Below, in pieces: positions 10,425 to 19,980 of a DNA stretch of 64,000 nucleotides. Every line of letters begins with the position of its first letter. Position 1 is the first letter of the stretch. The translations under genes were made by a program, and so were the position numbers. This DNA comes from an uncultured Caldilineales bacterium. GTDB lineage: Bacteria > Chloroflexota > Anaerolineae > J102. The notes below the pieces were generated by a model. The model ran no database searches. It was not told where the DNA came from and saw only the letters and a list, made by a program, of their open reading frames with translations. The DNA lies in the NCBI GenBank assembly GCA_964460135.1, contig CAYWPZ010000001.1, forward strand, positions 7,469 to 71,468. The letters are read 5' to 3'.

Positions 10425-11786
10425 ATGGATCTCTCTCAACGTCCAGAAACCATTTGGCAAGCCGTGTTAGGCGAACTGCAACTTTCTTTGCAACGACCCG
10501 TTTTCGACAACTGGCTGCGCGATACGCAAGCGATTGCCTATGAAGATGGCTGCTTCATCATCGCCGCCAAGAGCGCGTTTGCCCAGGCATGGCTGGAGCA
10601 ACGCATGAAGGGCATGCTCAAGCAACGTTTGCAGCGTCTGTGTGGGCGTTCGGTCGATCTGCGCGTTGTTGTGCGCGCTGACCCTGCGCCCGCGCCCGAC
10701 CAGAACACCGACGAGCCGCCGCTCTTGCAGCCTCAGACCGATGGGGGTCGCTATCGCAGTCCGGCGCCGGTGTCTGCTTCTTCGCTCAACACCGCCATGA
10801 CCTTCGACAGCTTCATCGTCGGCAGCGGCAATCATTTCGCCTATGCCGCGGCCCAGGCTGTCGGTCAGGAACCCGGCAACCGCTACAACCCTCTTTTTCT
10901 CTATGGCGGCGTCGGCCTGGGCAAGACCCACTTGCTTCACGCCATCGGCAACCATGCCGCCCGCGCGGGCTATGCCTCTCGCTATGTCACGGCCGAGACC
11001 TTCACCAACGATCTGATCGAGGCGATACGCACCAAATCGAATGTTGCCTTTCGGCAACAATACCGTGAAGTCGATATCCTCCTCATCGATGATGTCCAGT
11101 TCATCGAAGGCAAACCAAGCACTCAAACCGAAGTCTTTCATACCTTCAACACCCTTTACGCCACCAACAAACAGTTGGTCATCGCCAGCGACCGACCGCC
11201 GCAATCCTTCCCGCAGTTCGACGATCGCTTGCGCTCTCGTTTTGCCGGCGGTCTGACCGTCGACCTGCAGCCGCCCGACCTTGAGCTGCGCGCTGCCATT
11301 CTGCGCGACAAAGCGTTCGGGATGGGTGTGAGCATTGCCGACGATGTCCTTCGCTTCATTGCCGAGCAGAACCGCAGCAACGTGCGCGAATTGCAGGGCG
11401 CCCTCAACCGCGTCGTCGCCTTTGCCCGCCTGGTGCTGCGGCCCATCGATCTCTCGCTGGCGCAAGAAACGCTCAGCGAAAACGATGTCTGTCTCAACCG
11501 CGATCCGCAGTCGGTCTTGCAGGCGGTGGCGAGTGAGTTTCGCGTGGCCCCGGGCGAGCTAACCGGCCCCCGACGCTCATACAACATCGTCGTGCCTCGC
11601 CAGGCGGCGATGTACCTGATGCGCGAGGTCTGCCAGCTCTCCTTCCCCCAGATCGGCGAATTCCTGGGCGGTCGCGACCACACGACCGCCATGCACGGCT
11701 GCGAAAAGATGGCGCAACGATTGGACGAAGACGCCGAGCTCCGCAGTCGCCTCGAACGGGTGCGGATGCGCCTGCGACAATCGTAA
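10425..11786 (+). CDS. dnaA: Chromosomal replication initiator DnaA
   Basis: AAA+ Walker A GGVGLGKTHLLHAIGN, sensor motifs, and a C-terminal DNA-binding domain (..PQIGEFLGGRDHTTAMHGCEKM). ATG at 10425. Confidence 0.95.
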   Translation: MDLSQRPETIWQAVLGELQLSLQRPVFDNWLRDTQAIAYEDGCFIIAAKSAFAQAWLEQRMKGMLKQRLQRLCGRSVDLRVVVRADPAPAPDQNTDEPPLLQPQTDGGRYRSPAPVSASSLNTAMTFDSFIVGSGNHFAYAAAQAVGQEPGNRYNPLFLYGGVGLGKTHLLHAIGNHAARAGYASRYVTAETFTNDLIEAIRTKSNVAFRQQYREVDILLIDDVQFIEGKPSTQTEVFHTFNTLYATNKQLVIASDRPPQSFPQFDDRLRSRFAGGLTVDLQPPDLELRAAILRDKAFGMGVSIADDVLRFIAEQNRSNVRELQGALNRVVAFARLVLRPIDLSLAQETLSENDVCLNRDPQSVLQAVASEFRVAPGELTGPRRSYNIVVPRQAAMYLMREVCQLSFPQIGEFLGGRDHTTAMHGCEKMAQRLDEDAELRSRLERVRMRLRQS

Positions 11787-11811
11787 GGGCTTTCCACGCC
11801 TGAATACAAAG

Positions 11812-11840
11812 GGACAGGCTTGGCGCCTGTCCCCTTTTCG
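11812..11840 (+). terminator. Rho-independent terminator after dnaA
   Basis: 9-bp stem GGGACAGGC / GCCTGTCCC, loop TTGGC, followed by CTTTTC. Confidence 0.7.
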
Positions 11841-11848
11841 CGTCCGGC

Positions 11849-11901
11849 TGTGGAAAACCCGCCCAAAACTGTGGAAAACCCGGCCCAAAAGTGGAAAACC
11901 G
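11849..11901. promoter_or_regulatory. Cluster of three DnaA-box-like 9-mers (TGTGGAAAA = reverse complement of TTTTCCACA) spaced exactly 21 bp apart; candidate oriC element
   Basis: cTGTGGAAAAcc at 11849, cTGTGGAAAAcc at 11870 and aGTGGAAAAcc at 11891. These match the TTWTNCACA DnaA-box consensus with two-helical-turn phasing. Confidence 0.6.
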
Positions 11902-11909
11902 GCCCCTGT

Positions 11910-12551
11910 TCAGCGCCCGGACGCCGCTTTCCCCTGGCTGTAGTAGGCCATGTGCTGAAGTTGGGCCACCGGGTCCACATACTGCACATGGACATTGGCC
12001 GGCGTCGTCAAGGTGATGGGCGCATAATTCAGGATCGAGGAGATGCCCAACCCAATCAGCGCGCTCGCCACCTCTCTGGCCGCAGCCGGGGGCACGGCAA
12101 TGATGGCGATCTCGACGGCCTGCGAGCGCACGACCTGCTCGAGGTCTTCCATGCCGTGAACCCGGAACGCACCCAGCATCGAGCCGATCTTGGCCGGGTC
12201 GTTGTCGAAAACGCCCACGATCTCAAAACCGTTGTCGGCGAAACGATGATAGTGCACCAGCGCGTGCCCCAGATCGCCGGCGCCGACCAACACCATCCGC
12301 CACTCGCGATCGACATTGAGGATTTCAGCCAGCTGCTCGCGCAGGTAGGCGACGTTGTAACCCGTCCCTTGCTTGCCAAACTCGCCGAAATGGGAGAGGT
12401 CTTTGCGAATTTGCGCCGAGCTGATGCCCAGTCTGTCGCCTAACTCCTGTGACGAGGTGATCTGGCGGCCTTCGGCAATGAGATGGTTCAGAACCCGCAA
12501 GTAGATGGGCAAACGTCCAACGACGATGTCGGGAACAACGGGACGGGGCAT
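11910..12551 (-). CDS. rex: Redox-sensing transcriptional repressor Rex
   Basis: N-terminal winged helix ([13 protein letters not shown]) followed by a Rossmann NADH-binding motif VLVGAGDLG. Start taken at the ATG (MPRPVV..), 9 nt inside the GTG given by the ORF track. Confidence 0.88.
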   Translation of the reverse strand: MPRPVVPDIVVGRLPIYLRVLNHLIAEGRQITSSQELGDRLGISSAQIRKDLSHFGEFGKQGTGYNVAYLREQLAEILNVDREWRMVLVGAGDLGHALVHYHRFADNGFEIVGVFDNDPAKIGSMLGAFRVHGMEDLEQVVRSQAVEIAIIAVPPAAAREVASALIGLGISSILNYAPITLTTPANVHVQYVDPVAQLQHMAYYSQGKAASGR

Positions 12552-12615
12552 TGCATTCACTCCTGGTCAGCGGCGACGCCCAACAGCGTCTCGCACAAGG
12601 TCGACGCCATCAGCA

Positions 12616-12630
12616 CAAAGCTTGTGCTGA
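12616..12630. promoter_or_regulatory. Perfect 15-bp palindrome GCACAAAGCTTGTGC in the rex/yip1 divergent promoter region
   Basis: Seen directly in the sequence. It has TTGTG/CACAA arms like Rex-family operators but a different spacing from the canonical site. Nearby sequence TTGTGAAATATGG..TAGCACAA. Confidence 0.35.
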
Positions 12631-12747
12631 GATTGTGAAATATGGCATAGTTCATCATAGCACAAATGCCGGCTCAGCCCAAACCCAATCTGGTTGCGCA
12701 AGGCCAATGTTGCGCAACCCTCTTGCTTCTCAAACGTACAACGACTT

Positions 12748-13497
12748 ATGACGAACTTCGCCGCCCCCGACCTGCGTCCGCTCAACCCCTTTCATCTTCT
12801 CATCGACATCATCGCCGCCCCCGGCGAAGCCCTGCGCCGCCTGAGCCAGGTGCAGACGCGCAGTTGGTGGCTGCCGGCGCTCCTCTCGCTGCTTGCCGCC
12901 TTTGCCTACCTGGGCGTGACCCTGGAAGAGACAGCCGCCGAGGCCGCCAAACAAGCCCAGGTGCAGATGGGGACGATGTCGGCGGAACAGGCGGCGGCGG
13001 CAGCGTCGATGATCGAGCGCGTCACCTCACCCGCTTTCATCTTCGGCAGCGGCGCCGTCGCCACGGTCCTGGGCCTGCTGATCGCTTGGGGCCTGGCCAG
13101 CCTGGTGCTGTATCTCGGCGCTTCGCTGGCCGGCGGTCAGGTGAAGATCGGCCGCCTCTGGCCGGCCATCGTCTGGATTTGGCTGCCTTTCGCCCTGCGC
13201 GGCTTTTTGCAGACAGCCTGGAGCGCCGCCAATGGCAGCCTCATCCACTACCCCGGCCTGTCTTTCTGGTTCGCCACCGGCGATACAGCCGTCGATCAGA
13301 CGCGCCCCCTGTTCGCCCTGGCCGCCCAGGTCGATTTGTTCAGCCTCTGGCATGTGGCGCTCGTCTATCTGCTTCTCCGCCTGGTGGGGCGGCTGGGCGG
13401 CGGCGGTGCCTTCGCCATCACCCTGGCCTATGTCGTCATCAATCTGGGGGTGCGGCTGCTCCCGGCCCTGGTTGGCGGCGCCTTCAGCCTCGGATGA
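12748..13497 (+). CDS. Yip1-family multi-pass membrane protein
   Basis: Five hydrophobic helices and Yip1-like organisation. ATG at 12748. Confidence 0.6.
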   Translation: MTNFAAPDLRPLNPFHLLIDIIAAPGEALRRLSQVQTRSWWLPALLSLLAAFAYLGVTLEETAAEAAKQAQVQMGTMSAEQAAAAASMIERVTSPAFIFGSGAVATVLGLLIAWGLASLVLYLGASLAGGQVKIGRLWPAIVWIWLPFALRGFLQTAWSAANGSLIHYPGLSFWFATGDTAVDQTRPLFALAAQVDLFSLWHVALVYLLLRLVGRLGGGGAFAITLAYVVINLGVRLLPALVGGAFSLG

Positions 13498-13545
13498 GGC
13501 CGGCCCCGGCTGCTTTGGCGAGATACCGGAAGCCAGATGACATAT

Positions 13546-13582
13546 TTTTGTACATGTTTTGTCGATAATTAAGTTATATTTT
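13546..13582 (+). promoter_or_regulatory. AT-rich promoter-like tract upstream of the efflux operon
   Basis: Locally AT-rich (ttttgtacatgttttgtcgataattaagttatatttt) within a 68% GC background. Contains TTGTAC/TTGTCG -35-like and TATATT -10-like hexamers, but the spacing is ambiguous. Confidence 0.3.
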
Positions 13583-13649
13583 CCTGCTCAACATCCCTTG
13601 CCCCTTTGCCGGCCGTTGGCCGCGGGGCTGCGCTCGAGGTTTACTGACC

Positions 13650-15092
13650 ATGCGTCGTCTTCTCATTGCTCTCCTCATCCTGGTCGTCGTCGGCGGCGTC
13701 TCTTGGGTCGGCTATCAGGCAACTGCGGCCGAAAAAGAACCGCCGCCGCCCGATTACGAGGTCTACACCGTCGGCCAGGGCGATATTGCCGCCACCGTCA
13801 CCTCCACCGGCTCAGTCGAAGCAGCGGCCGAGGTCAATCTTGTCTTCCGTGGCAGCGGCGCCGTGGCCGAACTGAATGTACAACCGGGCGACCAGGTGAG
13901 CGCCGGTCAGGTGCTCGCCCGGCTCGACAGCCAGGATCTGCTGCTGGCCCAACGGCAGGCGGAGGTAGGGCTGCGATTGGCCAAAGCACGGTTGGCGCAG
14001 GCCCAGAAACCGGTCGAAGCCCTTGATCTGGCCGCAGCCGAGGCCGGGCTGGAATCAGCGCGCGCCGGGCTGGCCGCGGCTCAGGCCGGCTATCAGGGCC
14101 TGCTGGCAGGCGCCACCGCCGCCCAACGAAAATCGACCGAGGCCGGGCGCGAGCAGGCGCGGGTGGCGCTGGAGGCCGCCCAAGCCGCTTATGATCAGAT
14201 TGCCCACCTGCCCAACGCCGGCATGTTGCCGCAAGCAGTACAGCTTCAGCAGGCGACGATCCAATACGAAGTGGCCAAAGCAAATGTCGAAGCGGCCCTG
14301 GCCCCCGCCGCCTCCAGCCAGCGCGCCTCGGCCCTGGCCCAAATCGCGCAGGCGCAGGCCGCCGTCGCCCAGGCGCAGGCCAGCGTCGAGAAGCTCAAGC
14401 GCGGTCTGTCGGCCGAAGACCTGGAAATCTTGCAGGCCCAGGTCGAACAGGCGCAGATTACGGCCGAACAGTCCGCTCTGGCGCTGAAAAACACCCAGAT
14501 CGTCGCCCCCATCGCTGGGGTGGTGGGGGCTGTCAATATCCGCGTCAACGAAATCCCCACCCCCGGCGCCGCCGCCATCGTCCTCACCGACCCCAGCGGC
14601 TATCATATCGACCTCGACGTCGATGAGATCGACATCGGCAAGCTACAACTCGGCCAACCCGCCGACATCACCATCGACGCCCTCGATAATGCCCAGCTGC
14701 GCGGGCGCGTGAGTCGCATTGCCCCGATTGCGGGCAACGGCAATCCTCTCTCCGGCGGCAGCGTCGTCACCTATCTGGTACGCATCGACCTCGATGCGTC
14801 TGATTTGCCCCTTCGCTCAGGCCTAACCGCCACGGTGGCCATCACCACCGAAGAGGCTCGCAATGTGGTGTTGCTACCCAATCGGGTCATGCGCCTGGAC
14901 CGGCAGACGGGCGCAACCTATGTCGAAAGGCTGGTAGACGGCATTCCGCAGCGAACCGATGTCAAGGTCGGCCTGCGCAACGAACAGTTCAGCCAGGTTC
15001 TTTCCGGCGTCGCCGTTGGCGACCAGTTGGCCGTGCGCCGCACCGACACCGGCGAGGCCATCCGCCAGCAGTTCTTCGGTGGAGGCGGCTGA
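13650..15092 (+). CDS. HlyD/MacA-family periplasmic adaptor (membrane fusion protein)
   Basis: N-terminal TM anchor, a long Ala/Gln-rich coiled-coil hairpin, and a C-terminal beta-barrel region (..VVLLPNRVM..). Confidence 0.85.
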   Translation: MRRLLIALLILVVVGGVSWVGYQATAAEKEPPPPDYEVYTVGQGDIAATVTSTGSVEAAAEVNLVFRGSGAVAELNVQPGDQVSAGQVLARLDSQDLLLAQRQAEVGLRLAKARLAQAQKPVEALDLAAAEAGLESARAGLAAAQAGYQGLLAGATAAQRKSTEAGREQARVALEAAQAAYDQIAHLPNAGMLPQAVQLQQATIQYEVAKANVEAALAPAASSQRASALAQIAQAQAAVAQAQASVEKLKRGLSAEDLEILQAQVEQAQITAEQSALALKNTQIVAPIAGVVGAVNIRVNEIPTPGAAAIVLTDPSGYHIDLDVDEIDIGKLQLGQPADITIDALDNAQLRGRVSRIAPIAGNGNPLSGGSVVTYLVRIDLDASDLPLRSGLTATVAITTEEARNVVLLPNRVMRLDRQTGATYVERLVDGIPQRTDVKVGLRNEQFSQVLSGVAVGDQLAVRRTDTGEAIRQQFFGGGG

Positions 15093-15096
15093 GACG

Positions 15097-15900
15097 ATGA
15101 GCGCTAGCACAGGCCCGGCCCCCAAGCCGGTAATCGAAATCAAAGAGGTAACGAAAATCTACCAGATGGGCGAAGTGGAGGTGCGCGCCCTCAACGGCGT
15201 CTCACTCAGGGTGCTGCCCGGCGAGATGGTGGCGATCATGGGGCCTTCTGGCTCCGGTAAATCGACGCTGATGAACGTGCTGGGCGCCCTGGATGTGCCG
15301 AGCAGCGGCAACTACTGGCTGGACGGCCAGGATGTGGCCCACATGACCGATGATCAACTGGCCGAGGTGCGTAACCGCAAGATCGGCTTCGTGTTCCAGA
15401 GTTTCAACCTGCTGCCCCGCACCAGCGCCCTGGCCAATGTCGAACTACCGCTCATCTATGCCGGGGCGCGCGACCGTCGCGCCAAGTCGACCGCGGCCCT
15501 GCAACGCGTGGGGCTGGGCGACCGCCTGCACCACCACCCCAACGAGCTTTCGGGCGGACAACAGCAGCGCGTCGCCATCGCCCGCGCCCTCATCAACGCC
15601 CCCAGCATCATTCTGGCCGATGAGCCAACCGGCAACCTTGACTCGAAAACAGGGGCCGAGATCATGCACATCTTCCAGGAGCTAAACGAACAGCAGGGGA
15701 TCACGATCATCTTCGTCACCCACGAACCCGACATCGCCGAACACACGCGGCGCATCGTCCGCCTGCAAGATGGGCTGATCATCAGCGACAACCCCGTGAA
15801 ACACCCGCGACGCGCCGGCGAGACTGCCTACACCCGCCGGGCGCGCGACCTGATCGAAAACGGCGCCGTCGAGGTCGCGGCCGGCCAGGAGCAACCATGA
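15097..15900 (+). CDS. ABC transporter ATP-binding protein, MacB/LolD type
   Basis: Walker [10 protein letters not shown], signature [15 protein letters not shown], Walker [12 protein letters not shown]. The stop overlaps the next gene's start (ATGA). Confidence 0.9.
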   Translation: MSASTGPAPKPVIEIKEVTKIYQMGEVEVRALNGVSLRVLPGEMVAIMGPSGSGKSTLMNVLGALDVPSSGNYWLDGQDVAHMTDDQLAEVRNRKIGFVFQSFNLLPRTSALANVELPLIYAGARDRRAKSTAALQRVGLGDRLHHHPNELSGGQQQRVAIARALINAPSIILADEPTGNLDSKTGAEIMHIFQELNEQQGITIIFVTHEPDIAEHTRRIVRLQDGLIISDNPVKHPRRAGETAYTRRARDLIENGAVEVAAGQEQP

Positions 15901-17153
15901 GTCTGACCGAATCCTTCCGCATCGCCTTGCGGGCGCTGACCGCCAACAAACTGCGTTCGATCCTGACCATGCTGGGCATCATCATCGGCGTGGGCGCGGT
16001 CATCGCCCTGATGAGCGTCGGCCAGGGCGTGCAAAAGCTGGTGACCGAACAACTGCAAAGCGCCGGCTCGAATCTCTTGATCGTCATCCCCGGCAACCTG
16101 GAGGAGGCGCAAGGCCCTGGCAGCCTGCGCCGCAACCGGCCCGACAAACCCCTGACCATCAACGATTGGCGGGCGATCAACGACCCCCTGCAGGTGACCG
16201 ATGTCTTGGCGGCTGTGCCCGAACTGGACGGCGGCGGCGACGTGGTGCGCGGAAAGAACAGCCTGCGCACGACCATCACCGGCACCACCGCCGCTTTCGG
16301 CCCCGTCCGCAACTATGTGGCTGCCCAGGGGCGTTTCATCGACGACGACGACCTGGCCGCCGAAGCCCGCGTCGTCGCTTTGGGCAGCAAAGTGGCCGCG
16401 TCCTTGTTCAGCCAAAATGAAGACCCCATCGGCCAGTCGATCAAGATCAACGGCATCCCCTTCCGCGTGGTGGGGGTGATGGAAGAAAAGGGCGGCGGCG
16501 GCTTTGGCAGCTTCGACAACCAGATCTTCACCCCGCTGACAACCGCCCACAAGCGCCTCTTTCCCAACCTGCGCAGCCAAAGCGGCGAACCCGTGCTCTC
16601 GTTGGTCATGGTCAAAGTCAGCGCCGAGGAGCATCTGGAGGATGTGGCCCGCCAGATCGAGGAACTTCTGCGCTCTCGCCACGAGATCACCTATCTCGAC
16701 GCCGATGACTTCACGGTCATCAACCAGGCCGACATCCTTGACATCTTTGGCAGCATCACCGGCGTGCTCACCACCTTCCTGGGCGGCATCGCCGCCATCA
16801 GCCTGTTGGTGGGCGGGATCGGGATCATGAATATCATGCTCGTCTCCGTCACCGAACGCACGCGTGAGATCGGACTGCGCAAAGCCGTGGGAGCCAAGCG
16901 CCGCCACATCCTCACCCAGTTTCTGGTCGAGGCCATGGTGCTCAGCATCATCGGCGGCGTCATCGGCATGATCCTGGGTTTTGTTGGCGCCCAGGCGCTG
17001 GCCGGCCTGTCCGAGGACCTGGAAGCGGTCGTCACGATGCAGGCCGTGCTCCTGGCCACCGGTTTCAGCGCCCTCGTCGGCCTCTTCTTTGGCATCTACC
17101 CGGCCCTGCGCGCTTCGCAACTGCACCCCATCGACGCCCTGCGCTACGAATGA
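15897..17153 (+). CDS. ABC transporter permease, MacB/FtsX-like
   Basis: N-terminal TM, a large periplasmic domain and a C-terminal FtsX 4-TM bundle (..[16 protein letters not shown]..). Confidence 0.88.
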   Translation: MSLTESFRIALRALTANKLRSILTMLGIIIGVGAVIALMSVGQGVQKLVTEQLQSAGSNLLIVIPGNLEEAQGPGSLRRNRPDKPLTINDWRAINDPLQVTDVLAAVPELDGGGDVVRGKNSLRTTITGTTAAFGPVRNYVAAQGRFIDDDDLAAEARVVALGSKVAASLFSQNEDPIGQSIKINGIPFRVVGVMEEKGGGGFGSFDNQIFTPLTTAHKRLFPNLRSQSGEPVLSLVMVKVSAEEHLEDVARQIEELLRSRHEITYLDADDFTVINQADILDIFGSITGVLTTFLGGIAAISLLVGGIGIMNIMLVSVTERTREIGLRKAVGAKRRHILTQFLVEAMVLSIIGGVIGMILGFVGAQALAGLSEDLEAVVTMQAVLLATGFSALVGLFFGIYPALRASQLHPIDALRYE

Positions 17154-17166
17154 CGTGAGGCGTGAA

Positions 17167-18906
17167 ATGAAGTCGAATCAAAAGCGCAGCATCGTGCTGC
17201 TGGTGTTAGCAGCGGCCATGCTTTTGGCCGGCTGTCGGGGCGAGGCGGGTGATCTGGCGGGATCAGCCTCCGGGCGGGCAACCACGCCGGCCGCCTTCCC
17301 CACTCTGCCGGTTCTGCCCACGCGCGCCCCTGGCCTTGTCCCGGCCACGGTCACACCGGCCCTCGCGCCTGAGCCAGGCCCGCCGCCTACCACACCCACC
17401 CCACCCCCGCCAACCCCGCCGCCCACGCCCGACCCCTCCAACCCTCTGCTGCTGCCCGGCGTCTATGTCACTGCCGCCAGCGTCGCTCTGGCGAGCGCGC
17501 CGGGCGGGCCGGGGATTGCCTCGGCGCCGGCCGGAACCCGGCTGGGTCTGCTGGGGCGCAGCGAGGATGCCGCCTGGGTGCATGTCCTGTATCAGCCTGA
17601 CTCCGCCCAGCCCCCCGTCTCTGGCTGGGTGCGGGCCGCGGCTGTCACCGCCTTCACCGATCTGGCCGACCTGGCCCCAGTCGAGCAAATCGGCGCCCCC
17701 TCTGCCATCGCCATCCCGGCCGCCGCAGGAAGCACAACCGCCGCTGTCCTCGCCAACCGCCTGAATCTGCGGGCGGGGCCAGGCGCCGGCGAACGTGTGC
17801 TGGGCGTGCTCATACAGGGAGAACAAGTGCAGGTGTTGGGTCGCAGCGACGATGGCGTCTGGTGGCAGGTGCAGACGGCTGACGGCGACCGGGGGTGGGC
17901 GGCAGCTCGTTATCTGCAACCCGGCGGCCGGGTCGGGGCGGCGATGGCCGTTCGCCTGCCCAGCACGGCTGGATGGGGTCGCATCGTCGTTCAAGAGCGC
18001 AGCGGCGGCGACATCTACATCAGCGACGGCGATGGCTCTGCCCTCCGTCGCCTGAGCCGCGGCCTCGACCCCGCCCTCAGCCCTGACGGCCGCCAAGTGG
18101 CCTTTGCCCGCTGGGATGAGCCGCGCGGCCTCTGGTTGATCAACAGTGACGGCAGCGGCGAACGGCTTGTGTTTGGGGCCAACCGCGCCCGTTCCCCGGC
18201 CTGGAGCGCCGACGGCGGCAGCATCGTTTTCGAGCAGTCGGCCGGGAGCAAGGTATGCCGCCAGTCGCCCTTTGGCTGCCTGAGCGACGATGAGTTGCGG
18301 CAGGTCTTGGGCGGAGAGTGTCGCGAAACGCCGTTTGGCCGCTTTTGCATCGGCGATTTCCCGCTCAGCAACCTGGAATTTACCACCCTGGTGCGGCTCG
18401 ATCTGGCCACCGGCAGCGCCCGCAATCTGCCTGCGAGTGATTCGGCTCGCGCCCCGACCATGCGCCCCGGCAGCCAGAGCGTTGTTTATGGCGACAAAGA
18501 GGGCCTCGCCGCCACCCAGACGACCGGCGACGCCCCGCCGGTTCGCATCCTGGCCGACGCCCGGCCGCATGGGGCCGTGAGCTTCAGCCCGGATGGCCGC
18601 TATCTCTTTGGCAGCCGGCGCGATGGCGATAGCTGGAACATCTGGCGCTGGACTGCCGATGGCGGACAGGCGACGGCCCTGACACAGCCTCCGGCCCTGC
18701 GCTCTGCCCCCGTCGACAATGTGGCCCCCACCGTCAGCGCCGATGGCCGCACGATCCTCTTCCTCAGCAACCGCCGCGGGCGTTGGGAGCTATGGCAAAT
18801 GGGGCCGGATGGCGAAAACCAACAGCTCTTTGCCCCAAGCGCCCTCTCTGGCCTGAACTTCGAATACGACTTCAACCACGAACGCGTGGCCGATTGGGGC
18901 AGTTAA
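17167..18906 (+). CDS. Lipoprotein with Pro-rich linker, two SH3b-like domains and a TolB-like (PD40) beta-propeller
   Basis: Lipobox LLAGC and a P/T-rich linker. SH3b-like segments (..VQVLGRSDDGVWWQVQTADGDRGWAAARYL..). Repeated SPDGR / SADG PD40 motifs. Confidence 0.65.
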   Translation: MKSNQKRSIVLLVLAAAMLLAGCRGEAGDLAGSASGRATTPAAFPTLPVLPTRAPGLVPATVTPALAPEPGPPPTTPTPPPPTPPPTPDPSNPLLLPGVYVTAASVALASAPGGPGIASAPAGTRLGLLGRSEDAAWVHVLYQPDSAQPPVSGWVRAAAVTAFTDLADLAPVEQIGAPSAIAIPAAAGSTTAAVLANRLNLRAGPGAGERVLGVLIQGEQVQVLGRSDDGVWWQVQTADGDRGWAAARYLQPGGRVGAAMAVRLPSTAGWGRIVVQERSGGDIYISDGDGSALRRLSRGLDPALSPDGRQVAFARWDEPRGLWLINSDGSGERLVFGANRARSPAWSADGGSIVFEQSAGSKVCRQSPFGCLSDDELRQVLGGECRETPFGRFCIGDFPLSNLEFTTLVRLDLATGSARNLPASDSARAPTMRPGSQSVVYGDKEGLAATQTTGDAPPVRILADARPHGAVSFSPDGRYLFGSRRDGDSWNIWRWTADGGQATALTQPPALRSAPVDNVAPTVSADGRTILFLSNRRGRWELWQMGPDGENQQLFAPSALSGLNFEYDFNHERVADWGS

Positions 18907-19030
18907 CCCCTCAAGCCACCCCTTGTAGTAACGACTTTAGTCGTTATCCCGCGTAAGAGCGAATGAATTCTACGTGCAAGAACGAACGAATGAATTCGTT
19001 ACTACGTACTACGGCCCATGAGCAGAGCAT
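18907..19030. repeat. AT-richer convergent intergenic spacer with hairpins and short repeats
   Basis: Hairpin TAACGACT-tt-AGTCGTTA (18929-18946). Palindrome AACGAAT-ga-ATTCGTT (18985-19000). CGAATGAATTC occurs twice, and ACTACGT is repeated. Confidence 0.45.
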
Positions 19031-19816
19031 TCATCGCCTTCGCACCCGCGTCATGGCGGCTGCCGGCAAGGGCGAGAAGGTACGGAAAAGACTGACGCCG
19101 AGGTAGAGTGCGAAATAGCCCGCCGTGAGAAGGATGAGCAGGGTCGGCGTTTGCGGATACACGATCAAGAGCGCTACGGTCGCCAGCCCCCAGCCAGCGG
19201 TGAGGACGAGCATGAGTATTTTGGGGCCGCGCGTGGCGAAGAGATGGTCGGGCCGGGAAAGGTAGGCGTATTTGATCGGAACGAAGACGAGAGCGGCCAG
19301 AACCAGGGTGATGATGGCGTTCACACCCGGCGCAAAACCCCAGATGAAAAGGTAAAAGACGAGGATGTTCCAGTAGCTAGGAAAGCCCTTGAAGAAGTGG
19401 TCTTCGGTCTTGGCGTCAACCTGTGAAAACTGAAACAATGAGGCCAGGACAACCACACCGGCCACAGGCAGGCGCCAGGCTACGGGCAGCAGCGGGCCGA
19501 CCAGCATGAAGAAGGCCGGGGCGACGACGTAGGTGGTGAAATCCACCAGGTTGTCCAACAGTGCCCCATCCAGCCAGTGGCTGAACTCGTGGGTGCGCAG
19601 CCGGCGGGCCAGGGTACCGTCGAAGGAATCGATCGCCACGGCGCCTCCCATCAGCCAGAACGCCATCACAAAATCCTGCCTGTGGATGAAATAGAGCGCA
19701 AAGAGGCCAAATACGCCGCCGCTGGCGGTGATGAGATGAAGCAGCCAGATGCCGAGACGGTGGCGAGGAGTGGCGGAGAAGACGGAATCTGAACCGGCGG
19801 GAAGGGTAGCTGACAT
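19031..19816 (-). CDS. CDP-alcohol phosphatidyltransferase family protein (phosphatidylcholine-synthase-like spacing)
   Basis: Motif DSFDGTLARR-x12-GALLDNLVD (DGx2ARx12Gx3Dx3D) and 7-8 TM helices. ATG at 19816. Confidence 0.6.
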   Translation of the reverse strand: MSATLPAGSDSVFSATPRHRLGIWLLHLITASGGVFGLFALYFIHRQDFVMAFWLMGGAVAIDSFDGTLARRLRTHEFSHWLDGALLDNLVDFTTYVVAPAFFMLVGPLLPVAWRLPVAGVVVLASLFQFSQVDAKTEDHFFKGFPSYWNILVFYLFIWGFAPGVNAIITLVLAALVFVPIKYAYLSRPDHLFATRGPKILMLVLTAGWGLATVALLIVYPQTPTLLILLTAGYFALYLGVSLFRTFSPLPAAAMTRVRRR

Positions 19817-19980
19817 GGCAGGTTGATCGAACGAGCGGGAAGGGGCGCAAAACGATAGGCCGGGAGCATAGCACAGCCGGGCGCAGGGGGCCAAGCGTCC
19901 AGGTGGGTCAGGCAGGCAGGTGCAGCGCACGTTCCGGCCTCGCTTTCGGCTGCGCGGTGTGCGCTGCACCTGACCTGGTC

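Noticed and set aside
15828-18570. Long minus-strand ORFs (432 aa, 435 aa) over the MacB permease and SH3/TolB lipoprotein genes
   Set aside because: GC-rich antisense frame artefacts (Gly/Ala/Arg/Asp-rich, no motifs). The plus-strand genes are well supported.
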